A stretch of DNA of 64,000 nucleotides from Candidatus Fervidifonticultor secundus (GTDB lineage: Bacteria > Sysuimicrobiota > Sysuimicrobiia > Sysuimicrobiales > Humicultoraceae). Position 1 is the first letter of the stretch, and the number at the start of each line of letters is the position of its first letter. Where the stretch lies: positions 32,001 to 96,000 of the forward strand of contig JAVKIP010000005.1 of NCBI GenBank assembly GCA_031459385.1. The letters are read 5' to 3'. Shown here in pieces: positions 48,424 through 58,831 of this stretch. The position numbers and the translations under genes were made by a program. The notes beneath the pieces are model-generated. The model saw nothing but the letters and a program-made list of their open reading frames with translations. It was not told where the DNA came from and made no database searches.

Positions 48424-49447
48424 TCACCGCCCCGGGAGGATCAGCCGCACCGCCCGCTCGTAGAACACGTAGTCCCACGCCCAGTTGATGAGGACCAGGA
48501 GCCGGTTGCGAAAGCCGATGAGGTCGACGATGTGCACGCCGAGCCAGAGCACCCACGCGGCGAATCCCGTGAACGTCCGCCCCCAGACGTGGGCCACGGC
48601 CGCGTTCCTGCCGATCGTCACCAGCGTCCCGGGATCCCGGTAGCGGAAAGGACGCGGCGCAGCGCCCCCGACCTGCAGCAGGACGTTCTGTCCCGCGGCC
48701 CTCCCCTGCTTGATGGCCACCGGCGCCACCATCGGCAACGGTCGGCCCCCATCCTGGACCCCTGCCAGGTCGCCGACCACGTAGACCTCCGGCCGGCCCG
48801 GAACCTGCAGCGTGGGCAGCACGTCCACCCGGCCGGCCCGGGTCACCGGCAGCCCCCACGTCCATCTCCAGCTCGGGGAAGTCCCGGGCCAGCGGGCCGC
48901 GCACCAGCTCCGCCAGCGCGCCGGCGAACTCCACGCCGGTGGGGCCGCCGCCGACGATCGCGAAGGTGAGCAGCCGCTGCCGGTTCGCGCGGTCTGCCTC
49001 GCACGTGGCCCGCTCGAAGCACGCCAGGACGTGGTTGCGCAGGCGGACGGCCTCCTCCAGGGTCTTGAGCGGGAACGCGTGCGCCGCGGCTCCTGGCAGT
49101 CCGAAGAAGTGCGACTCGCTGCCGGCAGCGACGATCAGGACGTCGTACGGCACCGTCCGGTTGGTGGTGCGCACCGTGCGGGCCTCCAGGTCGATCTGCT
49201 CCACTGCGCCCATCTCGAAGCGGGTGTGCGGCCACCCGCGCAGCACGCTCCGGACCGGATACGCGATCGCCTCCGGCTCGAGCTCGGCCGCCGCGACCTG
49301 GTAGAGCAGGGGCAGGAACGTATGGTAGTTCTGCCGGTCGATGAGCGTCACGCGCACCGGCGCCCGCGCCAGCGTCCGCGCAGCCCACAGGCCTCCAAAG
49401 CCTGCGCCCACGATCACCACATGGGGGTACGCAGTGGGGCGTGCCAC
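48424..49447 (-). pseudogene. ndh: Type II NADH dehydrogenase pseudogene (internal deletion plus frameshift)
   Basis: [32 protein letters not shown] in one frame to about 48860; C-terminal [35 protein letters not shown] in another frame; the middle of the NADH domain is absent. Confidence 0.85.
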
Positions 49448-49601
49448 GGGCTGGCTCGTTCGTGGAGCGCGGAGGGGACTCCTGTGCGCGGCGCCGCCTG
49501 TGGTATGTGCGTTCGCGCGGCGTGGGCTGCGGCATCGGACGGGCTGCAGTGGAGGAAGGCGAAAGCCGCGCGCCGAAGCGCGCCGGGACCACGCCAGGGG
49601 C

Positions 49602-49704
49602 GGAGCGCTGCTCGCACGTTGCCTGAGGTGGAGCGCCGTCCGCACGTTGCCTGAGGCGGAGCGCTGCGGCACGTTGCCTGCGGCTGAGCGCTGCCCGCAC
49701 GTTG
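49602..49704 (+). repeat. Tandem repeat, about 3.7 copies of a 27-28 bp unit (GGAGCGCTGCNCGCACGTTGCCTGAGGC)
   Basis: Units start at 49602, 49630, 49658 and 49685; no spacers. Confidence 0.9.
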
Positions 49705-49718
49705 GGAGGGCCGGCAGC

Positions 49719-51692
49719 ATGGTACAGACGGCGGACGTGGGGCGCTATCGCCTGCTCACGGGCCGCCCGCGCCGGGTCCAGCAGCTCCTGCTGGTGTTGC
49801 TCCCCGTGGCCGGCATCCTGCAGGCCGTCAATGCGCCCGCCGCCCTGGGCATCGCGATCTTCCGCGAGCAGTACCTGGGGCTCTTCATGGGGCTCGCGCT
49901 GCCTGTCACCTTCCTGAGCGTCCCGGCCACCGCCCGCGCCTCACGCACGTCCGCTCCCTGGTACGACTGGCTCCTGGCCGTAGCCGGGGCGGCGGCGGGT
50001 GGCTACGTGGCCGTGTTCTTTCCGGCCATCGCCCACGCCCTGGCGGTGCTCACGCCGGACAAGTGGGGGCTGGGGGCCGTGGCGGTCGTGCTCTTCCTGG
50101 AGGCGGCGCGCCGCGTGGCCGGGCGCGCCGTGGCCGGCCTGGTGCTGGCGTTCATCCTCTACGCGAAGTTCGCCTGGCTGTTCCCCGGCCTGCTGCAGGG
50201 CCCGCGGGTCGGCTGGGAGCGCCTGGCCGTCTACCTCTACCTGGACAGCAGTGGCCTGATGGGGCTCCCGCTCTCGGTGGCGGGCACCGTGGTGCTGGCG
50301 TTCATCGTCTTCGGGCAGGTGCTCTACGCCACCGGCGCGGCTGAGTTCCTCGTGGAGTTCGCGCGCGCGACGATGGGCCGCTTCCGGGGCGGGCCGGCGA
50401 AGATGTCCATCGTCTCGTCCAGCCTCTTCGGCACCATCTCCGGCAGCGCTGTCGCCAACGTGGCGGTCGATGGCCCGGTGACGATCCCGCTCATGAAGCG
50501 CGCCGGCTACCCGCCGCACCTGGCGGCGGCCATCGAGGCCGTGGCGTCCACGGGCGGACAGCTCATGCCCCCGGTCATGGGCGTCGCGGCCTTCATCATG
50601 GCCGAATTCCTCAACATGCCGTACGCGCAGGTCGCCGCCGCGGCGCTGCTGCCCGCAGCGCTCTACTACGTCTGCCTGTTCTTCCAGGTGGACTTCGAGG
50701 CGGCAAAGGCCGGCCTCCGCGGCCTCGCACGCGAGGACCTCCCGCGCACGCACGAGGTCCTGCGGCGGGGACTGGTGTTCGGGGTGGCCATCGCCGCCGT
50801 ACTGTACGGCCTCTACCTGGCGCGGTGGCGCGCGGAGAAGGCCGGCGTGGCCGCGGCGGCCCTCACCCTCGTGGCGGCAGTGCTCAGGCCGTCGACGCGC
50901 CCGGGCGGGCGGCAGCTGCTGCAGGCCCTGGAGGGCTCGGGCAAGGCGCTGCTGGACATCGCCGCTGTCACGGGCGTGGCGAGCTTCATGATCGCCGTCC
51001 TGAACTTCACCGGCCTGGGTTTCAAGCTGGCGCTGGTGCTGACGCGTATCGCAGGCGACAGCCTCGTCCTGCTGCTGGGCCTGACGGCGGCGGCGGCGAT
51101 GGTCCTGGGCATGGGGATGCCGACGGCGGCCGTGTACATCCTCCTGGCGGTGCTGGTGGCGCCGGCGCTGGTGCAGGCCGGCGTGCTGCCCCTGGCCGCG
51201 CACCTGTTCGTCTTCTACTTCGGCATGCTGTCCATGGTCACGCCGCCGGTCTGCCTGGCCACGTACACGGCCGCGTCGCTGGCCGGCGCCGACTTCTGGC
51301 GCGCGGGGTGGACCGGCATGCGTCTGGCCGGGGTCGCGTACGTGGTCCCCTTCCTCTTCGCGCTGTCGCCGGAACTGATCGGGCGTGGATCGGCCGGCGC
51401 CGTCACGGTCGCTGCCGCCACCGCCGTGACGGGCGCGGCCGTGCTGGCGGCGGCGCTCACCGGATACCTCCTGGGCCGCCTGGGCTGGGTCGAGCGCCTG
51501 CTGCTGGCCGTGGCGAGCCTGGGCCTCCTGACGCCCGCGAGCGGGCGCGGGCTGGCGTTCTCGTGGGGCGTCGAGGTCGCGGGCGCGGTCCTGGCCGCGG
51601 CCGTCCTGGTCGCACGCTGGTACCGGCAGCGCGCGTGGAGCCCGACGCCGCAGGCCGCAGCGGCGAGCCTCCGGGGCAGGGCGGTGAAGTAG
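49719..51692 (+). CDS. TRAP transporter 4TM/12TM fused permease (TAXI-type)
   Basis: [59 protein letters not shown]. Confidence 0.93.
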   Translation: MVQTADVGRYRLLTGRPRRVQQLLLVLLPVAGILQAVNAPAALGIAIFREQYLGLFMGLALPVTFLSVPATARASRTSAPWYDWLLAVAGAAAGGYVAVFFPAIAHALAVLTPDKWGLGAVAVVLFLEAARRVAGRAVAGLVLAFILYAKFAWLFPGLLQGPRVGWERLAVYLYLDSSGLMGLPLSVAGTVVLAFIVFGQVLYATGAAEFLVEFARATMGRFRGGPAKMSIVSSSLFGTISGSAVANVAVDGPVTIPLMKRAGYPPHLAAAIEAVASTGGQLMPPVMGVAAFIMAEFLNMPYAQVAAAALLPAALYYVCLFFQVDFEAAKAGLRGLAREDLPRTHEVLRRGLVFGVAIAAVLYGLYLARWRAEKAGVAAAALTLVAAVLRPSTRPGGRQLLQALEGSGKALLDIAAVTGVASFMIAVLNFTGLGFKLALVLTRIAGDSLVLLLGLTAAAAMVLGMGMPTAAVYILLAVLVAPALVQAGVLPLAAHLFVFYFGMLSMVTPPVCLATYTAASLAGADFWRAGWTGMRLAGVAYVVPFLFALSPELIGRGSAGAVTVAAATAVTGAAVLAAALTGYLLGRLGWVERLLLAVASLGLLTPASGRGLAFSWGVEVAGAVLAAAVLVARWYRQRAWSPTPQAAAASLRGRAVK

Positions 51693-51708
51693 GTACCCAC
51701 GTGCGCCC

Positions 51709-52695
51709 ATGATCGTCGACGTCCACACACACTTCTACCCGCGCGAGTATCTGGCGCTGCTGGAAGCCCACGCCGAGGGGATCGCCATCAAGGTCGATGC
51801 GGTCGGGCGTCGGTACCTCGAAGCAGACGGCGCCCGGCTGGCCACCCTCACGGGCCCGATGCTCGACCTGGCAGACCGCCTCGCCGCCGTGGACGCCCAG
51901 GGCGTGGCGGTGCAGGTGCTCTCCCTCACGAGCCCCAACGTCTATGTGTTTCCCGATCACGTGGCCATCCAGGCCGCGCGGCTCGTCAACCGTGCCTACG
52001 CCCGGATCAAGGCCGAGTATCCCGGCCGGTTCTGCTGCCTGGCCAGCGTGCCCCTGGGAACCGGCGCCGAGGCCGACGAGCTGACCCGCGCCATCCAGGC
52101 CGACGGGCTGGACGGTGTCATTGTCGGCACCAACGTGCGTGGCCGGCCCATCGACGACCCGGCGTTCGCAGCGTTCTGGCGACGCGCCGACGAGCTAGCC
52201 CTGCCCGTCCTCCTCCACCCGATGGCGCCACCGCCGGCGTTGCCGCTCCGCGAGTTCAGCCTGGTGCCCCTCGTGGGGTTTCCACTGGACACGACGGTGG
52301 CGCTGGCGCGGCTGCTCTACGCCGGGTTCGTCGAGCAGTACCCCAGGGTCAAGGTGATCGCGACGCACGCGGGCGGAGCGCTGCCGTACCTCTTGGGGCG
52401 GCTCGACATCGGCTACAGCGCATATCCCGAGTGCCAGATCGCCGCCGCCCCGCCCAGCGCCTGCGCCCGGCGGCTGTACTACGACACGATCAGCTACCAC
52501 CCGCCCGCGCTGGCATGTCTGGTCGCCTCGGTCGGCGCCGACCGGCTGCTCTTCGGCTCGGACTTCCCGCACGTGATCGGGAGCGTGCCCAAGGTGGTCG
52601 AGTCACTGCGCCGCACCGGCCTCGAGTCGGACGCCCTGGACGCCATCTGCTGGCGCAACGCCAGAGACGGGTTGGGGCTGGCCATCGACGCATGA
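51709..52695 (+). CDS. Amidohydrolase_2 family protein (ACMSD-like decarboxylase)
   Basis: IVDVHTH, LLHP, THAGGALPY, LYYDT, FGSDFPH. Confidence 0.88.
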   Translation: MIVDVHTHFYPREYLALLEAHAEGIAIKVDAVGRRYLEADGARLATLTGPMLDLADRLAAVDAQGVAVQVLSLTSPNVYVFPDHVAIQAARLVNRAYARIKAEYPGRFCCLASVPLGTGAEADELTRAIQADGLDGVIVGTNVRGRPIDDPAFAAFWRRADELALPVLLHPMAPPPALPLREFSLVPLVGFPLDTTVALARLLYAGFVEQYPRVKVIATHAGGALPYLLGRLDIGYSAYPECQIAAAPPSACARRLYYDTISYHPPALACLVASVGADRLLFGSDFPHVIGSVPKVVESLRRTGLESDALDAICWRNARDGLGLAIDA

Positions 52696-54362
52696 GCCGC
52701 AGAGCCGCCGACCTGCTGGTCGAGGTGCTGCGGGCCCGCGGCGTGCGCTACGTCTTCGGCCTCCCCGGGACCACGGAAGCGGCGCTGCTGGACGCGCTCC
52801 GCGAGGCTGCCGAGGTGCGCTACGTCCTCACCCTGCAGGAGGGTGTGGCCGTGGCGATGGCCCACGGCTACGCGCTGGCCACCGGGCACCCCGCGGTGGC
52901 CAACCTGCACACCACGGTCGGGACGCTGGCGGGGCTCAGCCTGCTCTACGACGCCTGGCGCGATCGGGTGCCCGTCGTGGTCCTGGCCACCCACAAGCAC
53001 TCGCGCATCCTGGGGCGGGGCGGCTTCACCACCCTGCCGGACACGACGGCGCTCGCGCGTCCCCTGGTGAAGTGGGCCCACCAGACCCTGACGGCCGATC
53101 AGGTGGCGGAGGATGCGGAGCGCGCGTTCCAGCAGGCCGCAGCGCCCCCGCCGGGCCCCGCGTATCTGCTGGTGCCGGAAGACCTGCTGGCGAGCCTCGC
53201 CCCGGGACCACCACCCGTGCCGTCGCCGGTCCCGCTGCCGGCCCGGCCGCACCGGGACGCGGTCGTGGCCGCGCGCACGCGGCTGCTCGCTGCGGACCGT
53301 CCCGTGCTGCTCGCAGGGAGCACGCTCGCCCGCCCGGACGCAGTCGACGCCCTCGCCGACCTGGTGCGCCGCCTGACCCTCCCGATGCTGTGGGAACCTT
53401 GGCGTGCCCTGACGGCGGTGCCCTATCCGGCGGACGACCCGTACTTCGTGGGCACCTACGACGCAGGCCATCCGGCCGTGCAGCAGGCGGACCTGGTGCT
53501 GGCCCTGGGCGCGTCGCTGTTCGTGGAGTTTGCCCCGCCCCGCGCGCCGGAGGTGCCCCCGCACGCGGACCTGATCCACGTCCACGCGGAGGCCGGCGAG
53601 CTGGGACGGCTGTACCGGCCGGCGCTCGCCGTGCGGGCCGACCCGGCGCTGTTCGTGCGCGATCTGCTGGAGGATCCGCTGGTGGCCGTGCCCCACGGCG
53701 GGGACCACCGGGCGACGCAGCGCGCCGCCTGGATCGCGCGGCTGCGGCGCCTGCGAGACGAGCAGCGCGCCGCACGCCTGCGGACAGAGTGGCACGGCAC
53801 ACCGCTCTCGGCCCACCGGGTCGGCGCCGAGATGGCCCGCGTCCTGCCCGGGGATGCGGTGATCGTGGAGGAAGCCGTGCGTTCCTCCCCTGCCTTCCTG
53901 GACGGTTTCCCGCTGCGCCCCGGCCAGTTGTTCCGCACCGCAGGCGGCGCTCTGGGGTGGGGCGTGCCTGCGGCGCTCGGCGTGCAACTCGCCCGTCCCC
54001 ATCACGCTGTCGTCGCCGTGGTGGGCGACGGGAGCCTGCACTTCACACCGCAGGCGCTGTGGACCGGGGCCCGCGAGCGCCTGCCCGTGGTGGTGGTCGT
54101 GCTCAACAACCGCAAATACCTGGCCGTGGAAGCCGGCGTGCAGCGCCTGCGCGGCGCCGGGGAGACGCCCGCAGGCACCCCGGGCTTCGACCTCTCCGGG
54201 GTCGATCACGGTACGGTGGCGCGCGGCTACGGCGCGCTGGCCGCCGCCGTCGAGCACGCCGACCAGCTGGGCGACGTCCTGGCCGAGGCGCTGGCCCGCG
54301 CGCGCGCCGAGGCCCGGCCCTGCGTGGTGGACGTGCCCGTGCGCGACGAGCCGGGCGCCTGA
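52692..54362 (+). CDS. ThDP-dependent benzoylformate decarboxylase-like enzyme
   Basis: VFGLPGTTE, LQEGVAVAMAHGYA, NLHTTVG, GGALGWG, GDGS...NNRKY. Confidence 0.9.
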   Translation: MSRRAADLLVEVLRARGVRYVFGLPGTTEAALLDALREAAEVRYVLTLQEGVAVAMAHGYALATGHPAVANLHTTVGTLAGLSLLYDAWRDRVPVVVLATHKHSRILGRGGFTTLPDTTALARPLVKWAHQTLTADQVAEDAERAFQQAAAPPPGPAYLLVPEDLLASLAPGPPPVPSPVPLPARPHRDAVVAARTRLLAADRPVLLAGSTLARPDAVDALADLVRRLTLPMLWEPWRALTAVPYPADDPYFVGTYDAGHPAVQQADLVLALGASLFVEFAPPRAPEVPPHADLIHVHAEAGELGRLYRPALAVRADPALFVRDLLEDPLVAVPHGGDHRATQRAAWIARLRRLRDEQRAARLRTEWHGTPLSAHRVGAEMARVLPGDAVIVEEAVRSSPAFLDGFPLRPGQLFRTAGGALGWGVPAALGVQLARPHHAVVAVVGDGSLHFTPQALWTGARERLPVVVVVLNNRKYLAVEAGVQRLRGAGETPAGTPGFDLSGVDHGTVARGYGALAAAVEHADQLGDVLAEALARARAEARPCVVDVPVRDEPGA

Positions 54363-54439
54363 CCGGCCACCCGCGGCAGGGAGTGGGCCGGTGGCCCGAG
54401 AAGCAGGCTGCCGATCGCGCGGGCAAGGGGGGGTCGGCG

Positions 54440-55480
54440 ATGTCTCGCGTAGGGCTCGTGCTTGCAGTCGCCCTGCTGGCAGGTGTCATGAGTGGCCCGG
54501 TGGTCCCCGCCGGCGCCGGGCCAGCACCCGGCCCGCTGCTCATCGGCAGCAACCCGCCGGGAACGCTCTTCTATTCGGTGGCCAGCGGTGTCGCCAAGCT
54601 CGTCGCGGATCACGCCGGCATGCAGGCCGTGGTCCAGCCGTATGCCGGCTCCAGCACGTTCCTGCCGCTGCTGAACACCGGCGAGATCACCTTTGGCGTG
54701 GTGAACGCCGTGGACATGGCCATGGCGTACCGGGGGCCGGAGCGACTCAAGATCGGCGGGCGCAATCCGTTCCAGCTGACCCCGAACGTCCGCCTCGTCT
54801 GGCGCGGAGGGCCGCTCTACCTGGTGGAATGGGTGCGGCGCGACAGCCCCTTCCGAACCATCGCGGACCTGCGCGGGCGCCGCGTCACCGGCGTGTACTC
54901 GGCGCACCTGGCGGTGTGGTTCAATCAGTTCGGGCTGCTGGCCTCGTGCGGCCTCACGTGGGACGACGTCCGCGTGGTGCCCGTCTCGACGGTCACCGAA
55001 GGCATCGATGCGCTGCAGGAGGGCCGCGCCGATGCCGCGCCCTTCGCGCTGGGGGCGGCCAAGCTGCACGAGGTGAACGCCGCCATCGGCATCCGCGGGC
55101 TCTCCATCTGCGCCGACGACGAGGGGAAGCGCCGCCTGCAGCAGGCGGTGCCCGGCTACTACCCGGTGCTGCTCAAGGCCGGGCAGTCGGTCGGCATCGT
55201 GAACGAGACGTGGGCCGTGGCCTACGACATCTACCTCGCGACCCACAGGGACGCGCCGAACGACATGATCCAGCGCGTGACCCGCGTCCTGTGGGAACAC
55301 AACCGGAAGCTGTGGCCCCTCCACGCGGCCTTCGAGGAGTGGACGACCCGCCGGGCCGCGGACCCCGGCGTGACGATCCCCTACCACCCGGGAGCCATCG
55401 CACTCTTCAAAGAGAAAGGGGCCTGGCCGGCGAGGATGGACGAGGTGCAAACGCACCTCCTGCGCGAGGCCGGGCGGTAG
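54440..55480 (+). CDS. TAXI-family TRAP substrate-binding protein
   Basis: Signal peptide, IGSNPPGTLFY, TIADLRGRRV, IPYHPGAIALFKEKG. Confidence 0.9.
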   Translation: MSRVGLVLAVALLAGVMSGPVVPAGAGPAPGPLLIGSNPPGTLFYSVASGVAKLVADHAGMQAVVQPYAGSSTFLPLLNTGEITFGVVNAVDMAMAYRGPERLKIGGRNPFQLTPNVRLVWRGGPLYLVEWVRRDSPFRTIADLRGRRVTGVYSAHLAVWFNQFGLLASCGLTWDDVRVVPVSTVTEGIDALQEGRADAAPFALGAAKLHEVNAAIGIRGLSICADDEGKRRLQQAVPGYYPVLLKAGQSVGIVNETWAVAYDIYLATHRDAPNDMIQRVTRVLWEHNRKLWPLHAAFEEWTTRRAADPGVTIPYHPGAIALFKEKGAWPARMDEVQTHLLREAGR

Positions 55481-55544
55481 TGCTCGCGGAGACGGCAGGG
55501 ACCGGGCGTCGCCCGGGAAGCATCACCGCCCGGGCGCTCGGCGG

Positions 55545-56999
55545 CTAGCGTGCCGGGCGCCCGTCAGGGTCCCACACCGGGAACGAGAGCGGGGACAGGG
55601 CCTCATGGCTCCGCGCTGCCCAATCCCGCTCGGGCACCGTGGCCAGAGCCTGTTCGGCCGCGCGCTGGATGCGCTCGCCCAGTTCGATCTCGTCCACCCC
55701 TATGACCTTCCCGTCCCGGACCACCTGCCGCCCGTCCACGAACACCATTTCCACGCTGCGGCTCGCGCCATAGTACACGATGTTCTTGATCGGATCCCGG
55801 AGCGGCCGCATGGGCATGCTGCGGCCGTCCAGCACCACCAGGTCAGCCTTCGCCCCCACCGCCAGGCGGCCCAGGTCCTCGCGCCCCAGCGCCCGGGCGC
55901 CGCCCAGCGTCGCGGCCGTGAAGGTCTCCGCCGCGGTGGGGCACGCCGTGTCGTTGGTGGCGTTCTTGGACAGCACGGCCGCCCACCGCATCTCCTCCAT
56001 CATGTCCTGCGGGCAGGTGTCGGTGCCGAGGCCGACGTTGACGCCGCGCCGCAGGTACCCGCCGAACGACTCCATGTGCAGCCCCCGGCGGCCGAAGACC
56101 CAGGGGCAGTGGGCCACGTGGGTGCCGGTCGAGGCCAGCAGGCCCAGGTCGTCGTGATCCGGGTAGCGAATCATGCTGTGGTGCGCCAGGAAGATGCCGT
56201 GGCCGACGATGACCTGGGGCCCGACCACACCGTGGCGGGCCAGGAACTCGACCGGGGTCTGGCCCCAGCGGCGCATCATCTCCAGATGCTCGCTGACGCT
56301 CTGGGCGGCATGGATCTGCACGCGCGCCCCGAGCTGACGCGCCGCCGCCATGGTCTCTCGCAGCAGGTCGGGCGTGCAGGTGTCCGCCTGCGCGGGACAG
56401 AGGACGCCCACCAGCCGGCCGCTCCAGGCGCCGCTGTTGCGCTCGACGAACTCCACGGCCGCCTGGAAATCCCGCCAGCCCTTCTCGATGTCCCACTCGT
56501 AGAGGACCTCGTGGCCGTTCCTCGTGTACCAGCGCGCCGAGCGGTACAGGGGCCCGGTGAAGACACGGAGCCCCGAAGCCTCGAGCACCTCCAGTGTGTC
56601 CGCGCTGAGCCAGCCCATCTCGAAGACCGTCGTGCATCCGCTCTTGACCAGTTCCACCAGGGCGAACCGCAGGACATCCACCAGCGCCAGCGGATCGAAG
56701 GCGCTCATGGCGGGCAGGTACTCAAAGAGGCCGGACATCCACAGCTTCCGGCTCCCCTGATCCTCGAGGAACCCCTTGTTGCGGCCCTCGGTCATCAGGT
56801 GGGCGTGGATGTCGATCAGGCCCGGGATCACCACGCGGCCGCGACCGTCGATGACGACATCGGCGGGCCCGGGGTCGCCCTTCCCGACGTACGTGATCGT
56901 GTTGCCTCGAAACGCCACGCTCCCGCCACGCAGCAGGCGGTGGCCGGTGCCGTCGAAGGCGACGACCCAGTCGGCGTCCTTGATCACCGTCGTGAGCAC
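55545..56999 (-). CDS. Metal-dependent amidohydrolase, AtzA/TrzA/MTA-deaminase-like
   Basis: PGLIDIHAH, QIHAAQ, VAHCPW, LGTDT, ATLGGARALG, GAKADLVV. Confidence 0.88.
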   Translation of the reverse strand: MLTTVIKDADWVVAFDGTGHRLLRGGSVAFRGNTITYVGKGDPGPADVVIDGRGRVVIPGLIDIHAHLMTEGRNKGFLEDQGSRKLWMSGLFEYLPAMSAFDPLALVDVLRFALVELVKSGCTTVFEMGWLSADTLEVLEASGLRVFTGPLYRSARWYTRNGHEVLYEWDIEKGWRDFQAAVEFVERNSGAWSGRLVGVLCPAQADTCTPDLLRETMAAARQLGARVQIHAAQSVSEHLEMMRRWGQTPVEFLARHGVVGPQVIVGHGIFLAHHSMIRYPDHDDLGLLASTGTHVAHCPWVFGRRGLHMESFGGYLRRGVNVGLGTDTCPQDMMEEMRWAAVLSKNATNDTACPTAAETFTAATLGGARALGREDLGRLAVGAKADLVVLDGRSMPMRPLRDPIKNIVYYGASRSVEMVFVDGRQVVRDGKVIGVDEIELGERIQRAAEQALATVPERDWAARSHEALSPLSFPVWDPDGRPAR

Positions 57000-57027
57000 T
57001 CCCCGTGCCTCCCTTCCGGTCTGCCAC

Positions 57028-57867
57028 TCAGGTGCCCAGCGTACCCCGCAGCCGGGGGTCGAGGAGATCCCGGAGCCCGTCCCCCAGCAGGTTGAACGAC
57101 ATCACCACCACGAAGATCGCCAGGCTGGGAATCGTGCTGAGGAACGGCGCTTCGCGCAGGTACGCCCGGGCCCCGCTCACCATGGCGCCCCACTCCGCGG
57201 TGGGCGGTTGCACGCCGAGCCCCAGGAAGCTCAAGATCGAGGCCGCCAGGATCGACCCGGCCATGTGGAGGCTGGCGTAGACAAGCACGGGCGGCAGCGC
57301 ATTGCGCAGGATGTGGCGGCCGACGATGTGCAGGTCGGTCGCGCCGATCGCCCGCGCCGCCTGCACGAACTCCATCTCGCGCAGGCCGAGCACCGCCGCG
57401 CGCGTGAGGCGTGCGAACGCCGGCAGGGCGCCCACGCCCACCGCGATCATGACGTTGTACAGCCCCGGCCCCAGCGCAGTCACGATCGCCAGCGCCAGCA
57501 AGATGCTGGGGATGGCCATCAGGATCTCGACGAGCCGCATGAGGAGGTTGTCCGCGCGACGGAAGTAGCCGGCGCACACGCCGACGAGCACGCCCGACAT
57601 CAGGCCGATGCCGGTGGCGACCAGCCCCACGGTCATGGAGATCCGGGCCCCGTAGAGCAGACGGCTGAACACGTCGCGTCCCAGTTCGTCGGTCCCCAGC
57701 CAGTGGGCGCGGCTCGGTGGTTCGAGCCGTCGCGGAGGGTCCACGGCGTGGGGGTCGTATGGAGCCAGCAGCGGTGCCAGCGCCGCCGCGGCCGCGATGC
57801 CCGCAATGAGCACCAGCGCCGTCAGGGTCACGCGGTCGCGGGCGAGGCGTCGGCCCACGTCGCTCAA
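57028..57867 (-). CDS. dppC: Peptide/nickel ABC permease (DppC-like)
   Basis: HWLGTDELGRDVFSRL, EFVQAARAIGA, LSFLGLGVQPPTAEWG, GDGLRDLLDP. Confidence 0.92.
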   Translation of the reverse strand: MSDVGRRLARDRVTLTALVLIAGIAAAAALAPLLAPYDPHAVDPPRRLEPPSRAHWLGTDELGRDVFSRLLYGARISMTVGLVATGIGLMSGVLVGVCAGYFRRADNLLMRLVEILMAIPSILLALAIVTALGPGLYNVMIAVGVGALPAFARLTRAAVLGLREMEFVQAARAIGATDLHIVGRHILRNALPPVLVYASLHMAGSILAASILSFLGLGVQPPTAEWGAMVSGARAYLREAPFLSTIPSLAIFVVVMSFNLLGDGLRDLLDPRLRGTLGT

Positions 57868-58805
57868 TGGTAGCGAATACGCGGGTCGAGCGCGGCGTAG
57901 AGTAGATCGACCAGCAAATTGATGGTGACGAAGCTCAACGCCATGGTCAGCACAATGCCCTGCACCAGGGGGAAGTCCTTGGACAGGATGGCCCGCACCA
58001 CCGTCCGGCCCATTCCCGGCCAGCTGAAGATCGTCTCGGTCACCACGGCGCCACCGAGCAGGTAGCCGACCTGCAGCCCCACCAGCGTGATGATCGGCAA
58101 CGCGGCGTTGCGCAGCGCGTGCAGGTACACCACACGGCGCTCAGCCAGCCCCTTCGCCCGCGCCGTGCGGATGTAGTCCTGCCGCAGCACCTCCAGCACC
58201 GTCGCTCGCGTCATCCGGGCCAGTGCGCCCACCAGGTTCGCGCCGAGCGTGAGCGCCGGCAGGATCGTGTAGTACGCGCCCTGCGCCGTCCAGATCGGCC
58301 CGCCCCAGCCTGAGATGGGGAACACTCCCCACCGGAACCCCAGCCACCAGATGAGCATCAGGCCGATCCAGAAGATGGGCAAGGACAACCCCAACAGGCC
58401 CGTGACCATGACCACCTTGTCCACCCACGTTCCCGGGTGGACCGCAGACGTCACGCCCAGAACGACCGCCACACTCACGGCCCAGGCCATGGCGGCCACC
58501 ACGAGCTGCAACGTCGCCCCGAAGACGCGCCGGATCTCCTCGGCCACCGGCTTCTTGCTGACGATGGACTGCCCCAGGTTACCCGAGAGCACGTTGGTCA
58601 GGTAGGCCGCAAACTGCACGTACACGGGGCGGGTGAGGCCCAGTTCCTCGCGCAACGCCTCCACGGCGTCCCGCGGCGCGTCGGGGCCGGCGATGATGAC
58701 GGCGGGGTCGCCAGGAGTCAGGTGGAGCATCGAGAAGCTGAACACCATGACCCCCACCATGACCGGCCCCAGCATCAGGAGGCGTCGAACGACGTACTGC
58801 CGCAC
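57864..58805 (-). CDS. dppB: Peptide/nickel ABC permease (DppB-like)
   Basis: TPGDPA, DYIRTARAKGL, HALRNA, ETIFSWPGMG, DLLYAALDPRI; GTG start VRQYVVRR. Confidence 0.92.
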   Translation of the reverse strand: MRQYVVRRLLMLGPVMVGVMVFSFSMLHLTPGDPAVIIAGPDAPRDAVEALREELGLTRPVYVQFAAYLTNVLSGNLGQSIVSKKPVAEEIRRVFGATLQLVVAAMAWAVSVAVVLGVTSAVHPGTWVDKVVMVTGLLGLSLPIFWIGLMLIWWLGFRWGVFPISGWGGPIWTAQGAYYTILPALTLGANLVGALARMTRATVLEVLRQDYIRTARAKGLAERRVVYLHALRNAALPIITLVGLQVGYLLGGAVVTETIFSWPGMGRTVVRAILSKDFPLVQGIVLTMALSFVTINLLVDLLYAALDPRIRYH

Positions 58806-58831
58806 GCATCCCCCTGCAACTCGCCCCGCCG

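Noticed and set aside
49602..49704. CRISPR array
   Set aside because: Units are directly adjacent with no unique spacers, degenerate, and there are no cas genes.
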